Part shown: positions 30,101 through 42,155 of the stretch, piece after piece
How the letters are laid out: each line of letters opens with the position of its first letter
Position numbering within the stretch: the first letter of the stretch is position 1
NCBI GenBank assembly: GCA_965202585.1
Contig: OZ241828.1
Coordinates: 71,424,001 to 71,488,000, forward strand
Reading direction: 5' to 3'
From: Thalia democratica
Lineage: Eukaryota
DNA: 64,000 bases
Program-made: the position numbers and the translations under genes
The notes under the pieces: generated by a model
Told to the model about the DNA's origin: nothing
What the model saw: the letters and a program-made list of their open reading frames with translations, nothing else
Databases searched by the model: none

Positions 30101-33100
30101 TTATTAGGTTAAAAAATAATTGTAAAGAGGTTATAATCCTGATGTTTATTTTCACCACTCATTTTTTTTTAATTACATACTTTTTTATTTTGAAAAGTTA
30201 TTTATTCTTCTTCTACATACGTTGTTATACTAGAAATAAAAAGTTTTATAAAACAGATTTTAGTGAAAAACCTTGAATAGTCGCGTTATCAGGGGCGTTT
30301 CTCCCAAAGAAAACGTTATCCACGTATATGGTTCCCCATCTCATCAGAATAAGCCTCTTGATTCTAAAATCTCTGGCGTTGGTAAATTCTGAAAATTAAA
30401 CAGCTTTAAATGACTACCGTTTACTTTAGATCAAAAGTAAACCACTACTTAGAGTATTAAATAGAGATAAAGTAACACATATATTTTTTTAAAAGAACAG
30501 TATATAAGTTACTACTTTTAGTATCACAGACTAAAAAAAAAATTGATGTAATCACATTGTTCATTATATCACAAAAATACAAACACAACATTAGGCAATG
30601 CACGTTAAATACAGCAAGGCAAAATGTTAAAAAAATATAAAACCAGATAAGTTCTAAAAAGTCACAGACCCATGAAAATTATTTTTGTTAGGCATACAAT
30701 GAAAGTTAGAGATAAACATTTACAAACTTTTTCCCAAAAAATCCTTAATGTCCCAGCAAGCGTACGTCCAGTTGTCTCTTATGTCCTTCGGCTTATGCAG
30801 TCCAGGCAGCCAAATGTGCTCGTTTTTGTCCAAAGTTTCTTTTTCCACCTTCATGGTGAACTCCATTCTGACGTAAGGCCTTATATCCCCTCTGTACGCC
30901 ATGCAAAACTGTATACAAAATATACTAAATTATTGTTTGTTCGTTTTATGGTTGCAAAATAAAGTACCAAACAAAACAGAAACTGTTAATAATATACTAA
31001 AGTCCTTTTTTTATTGTCTTTATTTATGTCCCGCTGTACGCGATGCAAAACTGTGAATTCACAGTACTATTTCAATTTATTTTGTTTTGGTTACAAAATG
31101 TTAATAAAATGTTTGCCACCTAACACTTCTAAAACTGTATTTCAAAAAGTTTATTTGTTAAAACTTGTTTTCAAATATTTATTGTTAATAACTAGTTGAC
31201 ATTTTTTTATGTAGTTTTTATTTTTATTTTTAGTGGTTAAGATTTGAAACTTTTTAAAAGCAAAGTTAGACAAACATCTTTGTAAATATTAGTAATGATG
31301 GGTCCCTTGTCAACGTGGAAAGCATCTTCCAGGTTTATGGCTGAGTAAGTTCCGCAGAATGAGTTATCAACACGAGTGCTTCCCTTCCTTGTTTCCTCTG
31401 TTTCCTGATCACTGTTACGTCATAATAAATTTTCATAAGTCGAATAATACGGTAAAAGTTAAAAGAGTTGAACAACACGTAAGAAATAAACAAATTTTAA
31501 ATTACAATCAAAATTACTCTAAGTAAATAACAATGTTTAAAGTATATAATTTTTGATATAACCGATATTTTTTTGAAATTGAAAGTTAACTCAATAAATT
31601 TTTTAGTAAACCTAACATACTTAACAAACTCACTAGAACAAAAACTTGTCTTTCTTCACTCCCTCCAGCGTGAACTCTAGTGGGCAGTGTGGCTCGTAAA
31701 GGTAGCTGATCGCGTCAACTATTTCCTCCTCACTCGCGCCACCCACCGGTACCGGTTTCGAAAGCACGCCCTGGTGCTCTAATGTGAGAGTTTTGAAATC
31801 GGGGATTCCCACAACTGTGTTTTTGAGCTCGACACTGGTAACTCCCACTGAAGGCTCCACGCTCAGGTAATTGAACCAATTGCCTTGATAACAAAGTGTT
31901 AAAGATGTAAGTAAAATAAAGTATTAGCACTTGAAGCAAATGCATTTCTGTTATAAAATATCGGTTATTAAAAACGAAAAAATTATATATTTTTTAAACA
32001 TTGGCAGTTCTACCAGTTTTTCAGTGAACACTAGTAGGTAAGTTCACTGTAGCTTATTTTATTTTTACGAAAAGGGTCATAAGTTTTCGCTGCTTTTTTT
32101 AATGTTCAGGCGCATCTTGATTATGGAAAAAAATAAAGTCTTAAACACGTGCAATTTAGAAAAAAAAAGTTTCCTAATATCAAACAAACCTCTTTTAGAC
32201 TTGAACGTGATTGTGTACTCGACTTGTGTTTCGTTCACCTTGCTCATTGCGACTTGCACCCTTTCGTTGCTTTTCGCGTCCAGAACTTCCAAACCTTCGA
32301 TGCTGTCTTTAACAGATGCCTGGGCCAGACCGACTTTCATCCAAGCTTTGAAAACAAAAAGTTTTAGTTTTTTTTAACTTAAAGTTTAGTTTTACAATGT
32401 TTAATATATATATAGATGCATAGCTACAACAAAGTTTTTCAGTGAGCACTAAGCTTTTCAATCTTAGAAAGGAGAAAGTTAAGATTGAGTAGACATATCA
32501 ACAATCTTTAGAAGTAAATAAAAGAAGAACAATGTATGATCGATTTTGTTTTGATAAAAAAAAAACTTAAAAAAATAACTTTGAAATTAGTTTTTAGCAT
32601 AAATAAAAGCTTAAAAAACTTTTTGATCTCGCAACACAAGCATTTGAACCGCCACGACACTCAAACTGGTTTTTAGTGGTAAAAACTCATACTGGTAACC
32701 AGCAAGCCAGTGGATTTTGTACTTGAACAAGCAAGCACGACAAAATCCAAAACAAACTGAAAAAAAACAACAACAAACCGGTCTCCTTGCCGCCCAGCTT
32801 CACCCTGAACAGCTCGTTCCGGCAATCTCCACCGCACTTCAGCGTGACCTCCGCCTGATCTTCCACTGGCGACCCTTTCTCCCACTCCTCCAGCCGCACC
32901 TCCTGCACCTCGTCCACCACCGTCGAGGACAGGTAGACCGCCATCTTGTCCTTTTGCGAGGCGTCTGGTCGGTGATTTTTGCATAACGTGTTTGGTAAAA
33001 AAGATTTGAAAGTTTACATAAGACGTACTTATTTTTCTTCTTTTAAAATTTTAAAAAGCTTTTTAATTGTTATACACAACACGTCAAACTAAAGCTAATA

Positions 33101-36100
33101 AAAAGCTAAAACCATTTTTAATATTTTATCATTTGTTCCAATAAAAGTATGCGATGTAACTAGATATTTTGGTATCATACGTTTTTCAAACTTCTGATTA
33201 ATTATCTTTTGTACTATAAATATGATTATAAAAAGTTAAGGCTCCGGGTGAAGACTGAAATTAATTGAATCAAACAACCTAATTGGTCTTCGGTGAACAC
33301 GGTGTCGTCGATCCTGACGCTCAGGTGTATTTTCTCACCACAATCGCCACTGGGTGTCGCGCTTGCCACGAAATAATACCCAATGTTTGCTGTCAAGTCG
33401 ATGAAGTCCGACATCTTCTCTTCCTTCGTTACCTCAGTCTTAAAAAGTTGGAAAGTTTAAATTTACAATAACGCAATTTTCAAAGAAAACATAATTGTAT
33501 AAATAATATAAAATAAAAAAAGTTAATAGAGTCTATTTTGGTAAATGAAACATCTATATAATTTAACGGTGAATTTTAATTGAAAGCATCAATCTAAAGC
33601 AAAGAAACATGATCAAATATTTTTTGTCACAAACTAAAAGTCTTAAAATCAAACTGTTTAAAAGTTTATTTTGACCATGAACTAATATAAAATAAGCCAA
33701 CAAACTTACAAGACCGGATCCGAGATCCATGCGCAGCCTGCACGTTTGGCATTTGCCACTTGAGTGGAAGTAGAACCTGTACTTTGAAGTGGTAGTGGGT
33801 CTGAAGAACCCGGAAGCTCTTACCTTAACAACCCCAGTCACGTTGTCATGGTGACACAACTTCACCTCGTCAGAACGGTACGAATGGTAGTCTGAAGATT
33901 GAAATGTCGTGTTTTTATTGTGTTTGTGCAAATTTTTATTTTCGGATTTTTATTATCGTGCACAACAACGTTTAAGTTGTTTTCAATCGGAAATATACAA
34001 GTTTATATTAACACCATAGCAGCTACGGTAAGAATTTATAGTAATTTCATTTTGAAAAATAAGCTAAATTTAAAGCGTGCTTCGTCTACAAGGAATGCTA
34101 ATCAAATGGTGAACCAGAGCTTGTTTTTAAATACAAAAACGAATGAGCTTTAAGTAATTATGATACAGTATAGTTATTATATATACATGACAAACATTCG
34201 GAGTCGGTTTCGTTCCACAACGCACTCTCATTGGTCAAAATTTCAACCAAAACTCCCCGTCCGCCCATGTGAAGCGTCTGATTGGCCGTTTGGGGTTTCG
34301 TGGGAGAAACGCATTTAATTTGCTCGTCCTTCACCTCTGTCACGTCACAATTATCGCTCCCAACTACAACCTGCAGTTTGTTGTTGGAAGTATAAATGAA
34401 AAGATTTATTAAAAATAAGTAGATATAAGGTTCTCACGCAAATAAAAGAGTTTACTTTTTTTAGCTTTCTGTGTTTGAGTTTCACAGAGCTGGCAGTATA
34501 CTTTGTTATCGAACTTGTTTTACTTTGTTAGATTAATTATTCGAGTATAGTTCATCAACTATCTTTTGACTTTATCAATCAAACTATTATTGTTTATCTT
34601 TTCAAAAACTAACTTTTGCTTTTATGCCAGACTTGTCGTCGAAATATTTTCCCTTTATTGTTATTTCTGTGCCTCCCGCTGTACTACCCACGTTCGGTTC
34701 AACACTTTCCACGACTAAAAATAAATTCATATTTAGATAGTATTTTATCTTGTCTGTAATGGTATTTAGGTTGAAGTTTCAACTGTTGGCATACTTTGTT
34801 TAGAAAATGTTTATTATGTTGAAACATGTTCAATATCTGTAACATGTATGTCTTGTTATCGTCTACTTATTTTTTTATCATGTTTCATTTTTTTTGTTCG
34901 CGATAAATACTAACGATATTAATAAACCAAACTGTTTTTAACTTGTGTAGTTACATTAAGCTTCTATATCAATTAACCGGTATGTGTCTGAAACATGTAT
35001 AAATTTGTCAAAACAAATTCAAATAACCGGTGTCCGTTTGAAACATGTACGTACTGTTAAAACACATTCAATTAACCGGCATGTGTCTGAAACATGTAAA
35101 TCTTGTTGTCTGCGCTGACTCTCGTAACCTTCTTGTCAATCCTCGATCTTCCGTACCCCCCAACTATGAACGAGGCGTTCTGGTTACCGACAAATGACGA
35201 TTCAATCTTGCACTTGATGAAGCCGTCGTTCGATTTCTCACCGCTCAGTTGTAACCCGTAGCTGGAAAGATTATCGGTTTACAACATAAAATTTCAAAAC
35301 TGATGGTTGTAAATAGGACATATAATAATTTCCAACTTAAAAAAATATTTGAAAACTCTTAATCGAACTTTTGCATACAGTTTTTTTTGAGAAAAATGTT
35401 AAAATAATCTTTTAAAAGCCGGTAACTCTTAATGCTCCAGTAACATTTTTGTTTTTCAAACACTTACATACACATTTTTGAGAAAATTAAAAAACTTAAA
35501 AACAAAATTTCGAGAAGTTCATTAAAAAAAATAGTATTGTCTTCTACAAATAGCAAAAAAATTATAGCTAGAATCTAAACGTGAGTTTCTCCAACTTTTC
35601 AACAATATTCAAACAAAACAGAAGCAACCGACAACTCGTAACAATTAAATAAGGAACTTTTACATATTTTATCAAAGTTGAAAAAATTATATTAAGTTTT
35701 TCTACTGCAATTATATGTATACTTTTAAAACAGACACAATTATTTTCAAGTAATTCTAAACAAACAAAAACAAAAAATTACAATTAGCTAAATAAAAAAA
35801 AAAACATTCCTTTCCTGTACAAATTACAAACAGCAAAACATATTTGCAAAAATCTAAATGTGAGTTTCCGAAGCGTAAATGTCTTTTCAACAATCTTCAA
35901 ATAAAGCAACTAACAACTCGTCCACCCCCTTGTACAGGTTGCAGTCGCCCGAGGTGAGGTAAACTCTGTTCAGCGTCTGCTCGTTGCCGTTGGTGGCGGT
36001 GGCGTTGCTTGAAGCTATGATGTCGGTGAAGATCCTCCCGTTGATCTGCAGCAGGGAGCGGGGGAGCGTGGAGTGGGACGAGAGGGACGTTATGTACGGG

Positions 36101-39100
36101 GACTTGTCGTCTTTCACCTGTTGGTTTGTAATGTAAACAGTTGAACTTTTTTATTATATTTTATGGGTTCATTATAAAATTGAAATTTTTTAGTAAAAAC
36201 AAAATAATGTCTGTAATTTTACTTAATGAAAGATTTTTATACACAATACTATTAATAATAGTAATAATAAATAATTATACAGTTTTAACATTAATCAAAT
36301 ACTTGAATAAAATTTGTTTACAATAACTGATGATCTCATATATGCAAATATGGAAATGAAACCTTTTTTTGTTGATAACAAACTGTAAATGTAAATATTA
36401 GATAAAAGCTCCTTAAAGCTATTTAAGTAGAGCATATACAAAACTTAATTCATTTTTGTTCATAGCGCATTAATCGAAATGTAACTTTTTTTACGAAAGC
36501 TCTTTATACTAGTTTATTGTTGTCAAATATTTGACACGCAAACACCCACTCTAAATCTGCAAGTGTGGTGGTTCCACCTACTCCTGCACAACTGCCTGTT
36601 CTCCAGCCTGTACCCGTTGACTTCCATCTGTATGTAGTAATCGTCCTGCCTCATGTTAGGCCTGTTTTTTCATTTGTATTATGACGTATACTTTGGCTTT
36701 GTTATATGTTAGGGTATTAAATTTTCATGTGTTTTGAATGTTGACTGAGTTTAGGGTTGATTTGGTTTGCTCCCCTTTTTAATGGGAATAGTTAAACATA
36801 AAAACTTAACTAGCTATATTGTAACAAGTTGCAATTTATTAAATTCTTTACAGAAGTATTTTTTAACAAGTCTAGAAAAATTAATTTTATTGCAAAAATT
36901 GAAAACGCGTGTTTAATTTTTTTTTTAATTCATAAGATAAATAATAAGCCACACTTACGTTTTTACAGTAGAAATTTTCAACGCTTGTAAAACATTAGTA
37001 CAAGTTGGCAACTGAACTTTTGCTTAAAAAATGTCACAAGTACATTTCTAAGGAAACAGCATAAACCAATCATGCAGTTAATACAATGGGAGAGGAAGTA
37101 ATAATAATGAGAAATTCGCATTTATCTTAATCATTCGTCTGTGATACGTGAGGGCGCGACATACAAAGTACATGATGAAAATAAAATGAAAGCCTTTGTT
37201 TTTCAGTTATAAAACCATAAATGTGTTTTGCAAATAATTTTTTTTTTAACAATTTTAAACAAACAACACTATGCTCTCTGAAGAAACTTCATTACAAGGT
37301 TTTGAAGGAAAACCCTAATAGCTATCTAATAATAGAACAGTCAACTTAGTGAAATATTTTTAAAAGATGATCATTGATGAAGTGTATATGTTTGATCATT
37401 AAACTAAGTGCAAGTATGTTGTAAGTAGCTAAAATGAATACAGTGCGGCAAACAACCTACATTAATTAAAGCTAAAACCGTGGTTAATGACTATACAAAA
37501 AATATCACAAACATAATTTCAATAAACACACTTTACGTATTTATTTTAATGTGTTTTTTTTTCTTTTTTGGTCTAAGAAGCGAAAATCTAAGTAACGTAA
37601 GCTGTACTTAAAATAATTTAAGTAGATGAAGTTAAAAAATGTAAAAAAAAATAGTAGTTTAAAAAGTCAATTTAAAATCATAAAAATGTTCATTAAGTTT
37701 TTTAAGTTAACCAAAACCACCACAGTGTAGAGCATATTTATTTTGTATAGTTAATCGTGAACCAACACGGTGTAGCAGACTGCTTGCTGCTCGTCGCTTT
37801 CCGCTTGGTGGAACTCGCACGGGTACTCTCGCACGGCTGAAACGAGGAACATCTTCGTGCGGGGAGACTTCGATCCCCAATCCAGCTCCGCATCGAAATC
37901 TGGGACATCGAAAGTTTAGACGTTTAGGTAATATATCTAATGTTTTTAATTAAAAAACTATAATAAATAAAGCGTTTTTCGACAATATGTTTTTACTAGA
38001 TTGTTAATAAAGGTTTATAAATCATAAAAATCTTATGTACTAGTGCTAGGTATTTTTAACTCTTAGATGTTGAAAGTATCTTTTTTGAACTTCCACGAGA
38101 AAGTTTTCAATACTTGTATTTTATTTATATTTTGATCAAGACTCTTAAATTGTAAAAACTCTATGTAATAACGCGCAGTGTGTTTTAAATTCTTGGATGT
38201 TGAAGGCAAATGTTTTTATTTAGTACGAGTTATTTGTTTTATTGTTTGATTTTAAAGTGTTATTAGTCCTTGTTGAATTTAACATGATAAATTTTCTGTT
38301 TTAACAAAAGCTTTAGCTCAACATTTTATATTTATGAGCAGACATTACAAAGCAAAAGTAGCAAAAAGTTTATCTGCATCCTTTAGTAATAATAAATAAT
38401 CATACAGTTTTAACATTAATCAAACATTTAAGTTAGATTTGTTTACAACAACTGATGATCTCCTACATGCCAATATGGGAATGAAACATTTTTTGTTGAT
38501 AATAAACTATAAAAGAAATAGTTAATAAAAGCTCCTTAAAGCTTTTTAAGTCGAGAAGTTTAAACTGCTTGACTTAAAACAAATTACAATATTAATAAAA
38601 CAGTATAAAAAACAAACTTCTTCCGAAAGCTTTAATTTTCACGCCACCACCGTTACCTCCCTCATGTGGCTCAATGTCGTTTATTTTTATATCTAAAAAA
38701 ATAAATTTATGTAGAAACTGTTTTGGTATCAGAAAGAAAAACTGCTAGATAAATTGTTCATTTTGATAAATGAAAAAATAGATTGTTATTTTGATATATT
38801 TATAAAATTTAAAAAAACTATTTTTTTTCGATGGACGAAAAAAAAAGGTAAAAAAAGATATTTTTATATCCGAAATAATAAATAAACTATCGGTTATTTT
38901 CATATCTAAAAAAAAATGTTGTATATTTCGATATTTAATAGACACTTTTTTTTGATATCTGAATACACATAATTTTTTGAATTTTTTTTTTCTGAAACAC
39001 TAATTTGTTGCAAAGTGTTATTTTTTGATATCTTTAATATAAACATTTTTCTAATTTAATAAATAAATAGCTTGTATATATATTTTTTACAGGTAAGGTT

Positions 39101-41983
39101 CATTAGTGTTTATCTTAAAGATATAATTTAACAATACTGCATACGTCAGCATATTAAAAGTTATAAACTTATTAATTTCTTACTGTTTTAGCTTTTAATG
39201 ACTTAAACACTAGTTTAGAAATTAAAAATAAGCGACATTCTTTAGTCAATAAATGAACTTACATGAACTTTGAGTTAACAAAATTGACGTCATATGCAAA
39301 ACAAATTGCAAACTTATTCGGTAGGATGTAAGCATTTAAAAACTTGGTTAAATTTGTTACATAACATTTTAGTTATTAACTATAACTTTCAGACATAAAT
39401 GACAAAACTTGATAAACTGTTTTTGGACGACAAATTTCAGGTTCAACGCCTTTATGCTTAAAATTGACGTAAAAAAGTAATTTTATTTGTTTACAAAATC
39501 CTTAATAAGCTCTTGTGTTGAATTTATTTCTTTGTGTTGTTATGTTAAGCCGTCTATTGTATAAAGCGTTTTTTTCCCAAACCTTAGAGAACTTATAAAC
39601 TTTCAGTTTAAGCTGGTTTTATGTAAGTATAAATAAAAAGTAGGTCGTTAGCTTATGAAAATTTTCAATTTGTTTTAAATCAACTTATGTACAGTTGGTA
39701 GTTATGAAAATAAAATATTAAAAGTTAACAATTTGAATGTTTTTTAAGCTGCTTAACACAAACAAATCAGAATTAAATTACGTAAAACTTCATGAATCAC
39801 TTATTGTAGGTATAGATTGTTGTATTAAAAACAAACAATGAACTTAAAAAAATTATTTGAAAAGTTTAAACGTTTAGATTTTTTTTGAATATTTTCGTGA
39901 TTATAATTAACATTTTTAACTACCGATAAATGATATACCTAAGAACATAAGAAGCTCTTATTTCAACGTCTTTAATTTATTCTTACTTAGAACCTAGTTT
40001 TTTGAACAACAAGTTTATGTCTTCTTGCTAGTTTAAAATATTACCGTGTTTAAGTAAAATATAAGCTAATAACTTTATTATTTCTATATACTTTTTTGTT
40101 AAACTTTATAAAATTATGTTTATCTATTCTATTTTAATTAAAGTGTCTTCAAACTTTAATGTTTTTTATAATATCGCAAGCTTTAATATTCCTAACTCAA
40201 GGTTGTACTTTTAACTTAATTATAACTAATAGCAACCGTTAGATTAAACATTAAATTGCAAACTTGGTAATTTTTTTTAATGATTTTTTATATTATGTAA
40301 CTGTTGTACAACGTATATACCGATGCAGTTAAAATGTATTTGTAAACATGAAATCATTTCCTATTCAAGCAACTTAAGCTTAAACTGATGCTTGAAAATA
40401 AACTTATTCGTCATTATTATTCTCTTATTTGTTTTCATTAATTTTTGGTATTTTTAACACATATTGGTTACTCAAACAATTTTTTTAATATACTATACAA
40501 AAAGAACATAAAAATTTAAGTTCAAACACCTTAAGAAAAAATTGCAACCACAGTTTAACTTCACAGTTTAAAACATTTTTAAACATAAGTTTACCCAACA
40601 CTTGAATATATTACTTTGAAACCATGTTTACAGTTTAAACTTAATATTCAAGTGCTTGTAATTTTCTTTTCCGTATGGTATTTTAAAACCTTTTATTTGA
40701 GTAATTACTTAATCTAACTAAAAGTAACGGATAAAAAAATCTACATTTTAATTTTCTACAAAAACTAAATTTTATAAAAATTTATACTTATTTTAGAATT
40801 TTTTATAGAGTTGAAGTTAAGTATCTCACTTTGAATCGATGAGCAAAATTTAAAATCTTTATAAAACACTTGTACTAAAAACTATTTGGAAAAGCTCTGT
40901 TTAAATTCGTTAAAGAAAGTTTAGTAAGATACCATTCATGTTGTGTTATTTCTACTAGTAAAACTAAATAGAATTAGTTAGGTTCAAATAAGTTTATTTT
41001 TATTTATGCAAATGATTTCTCAATTGACATAAACTACTAATTCTTTTTTAATTATGTTCACGATAATCCAGTATTTTTTTACACCTAACTGTATAGTAAT
41101 TTTTCAAACTACAAACTTAGTTTTTTATAAGCATCGTTTTCAAGTTTTTAAAACTGTATATCCCTCATTGAAACTTTTAATTTTCACTTTTCAACAGGCT
41201 ACTATGTGTGTGACTATTAAAAATGTTTCGTATTCAACTGTAAATATTTTTATATTGCATCAACTTAACAAACACAAACCGAAAAGTCTTGAATATTTTA
41301 AATAAGTTTAAAACTTTTTATTTTGTAAAACACAATTCTACAAGTTTTAATGTTTGTTTAAACTATAAAGGAAATACTTTATAAACACTTTCAGTGCACC
41401 ATTTTTTAATGAAAAAAATTTTAGATACAATAAACTTCAAAAAATGAACTTTTTCAGTACTTAGCATATCAAAATACTTTTTGTTTTTTGTTATATTTTT
41501 ATAAAATGGAATAGAAAAAAAAGGTAGATATTACTAGAAACTAATACAAAAATGTCTAGTATATAGAATTACATTTTAACGTATTTTATGAATTCAGCTA
41601 GCTTCCGTTACAGTTAACCTATATATCTGTACTTAAAAATTTAAAAACTAATTAGACAAAACTTAAATTTTGATTGATTAGAACTTACTTTATTTAAACT
41701 CTATGCAATACTTTGCATAGTTTTTCTTTCAAAAAAAATATTGAAAAAAAAACAAATAATATCTGATTTATGCTAACTTATATCGACAATTAATGCTTTT
41801 GTTATTAAATTTCTTAAATTAACATAAATTTTTATAGTACAGAAACTAAAAGAATTAAAGTACACATATTTTTTTCAAACATAACTAACTTGAATAATCT
41901 TCTTCCGCTACAGCTTGCCATGCGCAGAAACAAATTGCAAAAATTAAAATATTTGCTGAAAGCCAAGCTTTCATTTTCGTCAT
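119..41983 (-). CDS. PKHD1L1: Fibrocystin-L (PKHD1-like 1) orthologue; 74 in-window coding exons, 3' end outside window
   Basis: Manual splicing gives one open frame (11,480 nt). Peptides match my recollection of the vertebrate PKHD1L1 sequence: GRIFTDIIASS, IYMFQTHA, SPPVGGTFD, WSSTFTWGG (G8), AEVGLLSRNIVVRG, YPIHWH, THFGFWYRM, INPSDCVDMECDA, GPQDHGWCAGYTCQKRLSTF. Exons 5'->3': 41890-41983, 38618-38692, 37767-37899, 36550-36661, 35915-36117, 35077-35261, 34614-34714, 34196-34370, 33710-33891, 33279-33438, 32779-32964, 32190-32345, 31634-31883, 31276-31411, 30728-30908, 30272-30388, 29913-30047, 29608-29681, 28946-29136, 28315-28492, 27855-28029, 27270-27434, 26797-26913, 26313-26567, 25823-26006, 25411-25637, 24829-25011, 24308-24471, 23599-23695, 22872-22988, 22042-22193, 21589-21731, 21065-21183, 20485-20643, 20174-20287, 19480-19707, 18889-19064, 18567-18651, 17767-17922, 17278-17446, 16876-16999, 16390-16527, 15414-15554, 14883-15074, 14533-14653, 14228-14317, 14030-14157, 13496-13638, 13195-13292, 12536-12694, 12016-12247, 10918-11176, 10538-10676, 10117-10265, 9671-9860, 9259-9412, 8808-9011, 8181-8337, 7707-7889, 7107-7215, 6227-6410, 5590-5756, 5233-5316, 4580-4813, 4162-4265, 3843-3972, 3439-3608, 2864-3039, 2501-2652, 2043-2208, 1618-1729, 1317-1443, 728-904, 119-296. 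All are GT-AG with matching phases. Confidence 0.95.
15727..15982. mobile_element. Putative Tc1/mariner-type MITE in a PKHD1L1 intron
   Basis: Ends CAGTGCTTCCTC...GAGGATGCACTG (11/12 complementary), flanked by TA on both sides. Single copy in the window. Confidence 0.5.
18110..18231. mobile_element. Small inverted-repeat element (possible MITE) in a PKHD1L1 intron
   Basis: TGACCGGTTTGGTGTGAAA...TTTCTCACCGACACCGGTCA, an imperfect inverted repeat of about 19 bp that is GC-rich relative to the intron. No clear TSD. Confidence 0.35.
36261..38555. repeat. Dispersed direct repeat of about 170 bp in two PKHD1L1 introns (36261-36432 and 38386-38555)
   Basis: Shared blocks ATACAGTTTTAACATTAATCAAA, TTTGTTTACAA.AACTGATGATCTC, ATATGG.AATGAAAC and TAAAAGCTCCTTAAAGCT. 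Confidence 0.85.
41890..41983 (-). CDS. PKHD1L1: PKHD1L1 first coding exon encoding the signal peptide
   Basis: MTKMKAWLSANILIFAICFCAWQAVA-EEDYS: basic N-region, hydrophobic core and an A-V-A cleavage motif. The phase-1 GTTAGT donor fits exon 2 (38618-38692, start of the first TIG domain: IKINDIEPHEGGNGGGVKIKAFG). Not in the ORF track. Confidence 0.85.
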
Positions 41984-42039
41984 TCAATTTTTTCGAGCAC
42001 GAAAACTTTTAATTTTTATCTTATAACAAACTGTGTGTC

Positions 42040-42155
42040 GCTAAACACACAACTAACTTGCAAGCCAGCACTAACGAGCTTATATGAAGTTAAAGTGACT
42101 CATTTTATCGAGAAAAAAGCACCAACGCATTGTACTGCTACTGTGACGTAACAAT
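42040..42155 (-). promoter_or_regulatory. Putative PKHD1L1 proximal promoter (TATA-like, AP-1, CRE-like sites)
   Basis: TATA-like CATATAAG on the minus strand at about 42079-42086, TGACTCA (AP-1) at 42096-42102 and TGACGTAA at 42144-42151. All lie 100-170 nt upstream of the ATG in a locally GC-richer patch. Motif match only. Confidence 0.35.

Noticed and set aside
36261-38555. Intronic C/D snoRNAs in the dispersed repeat (TGATGA)
   Set aside because: The box C-like motif is antisense to the host gene, and I found no paired box D or terminal stem.
119-41983. Non-canonical introns (GC-AG, AT-AC, AG-AC), an alternative genetic code or stop readthrough in PKHD1L1
   Set aside because: All junctions resolve as GT-AG with the standard code. 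The one apparent TAG (31634/31404 junction) disappears when the upstream AG at 31412 is used.
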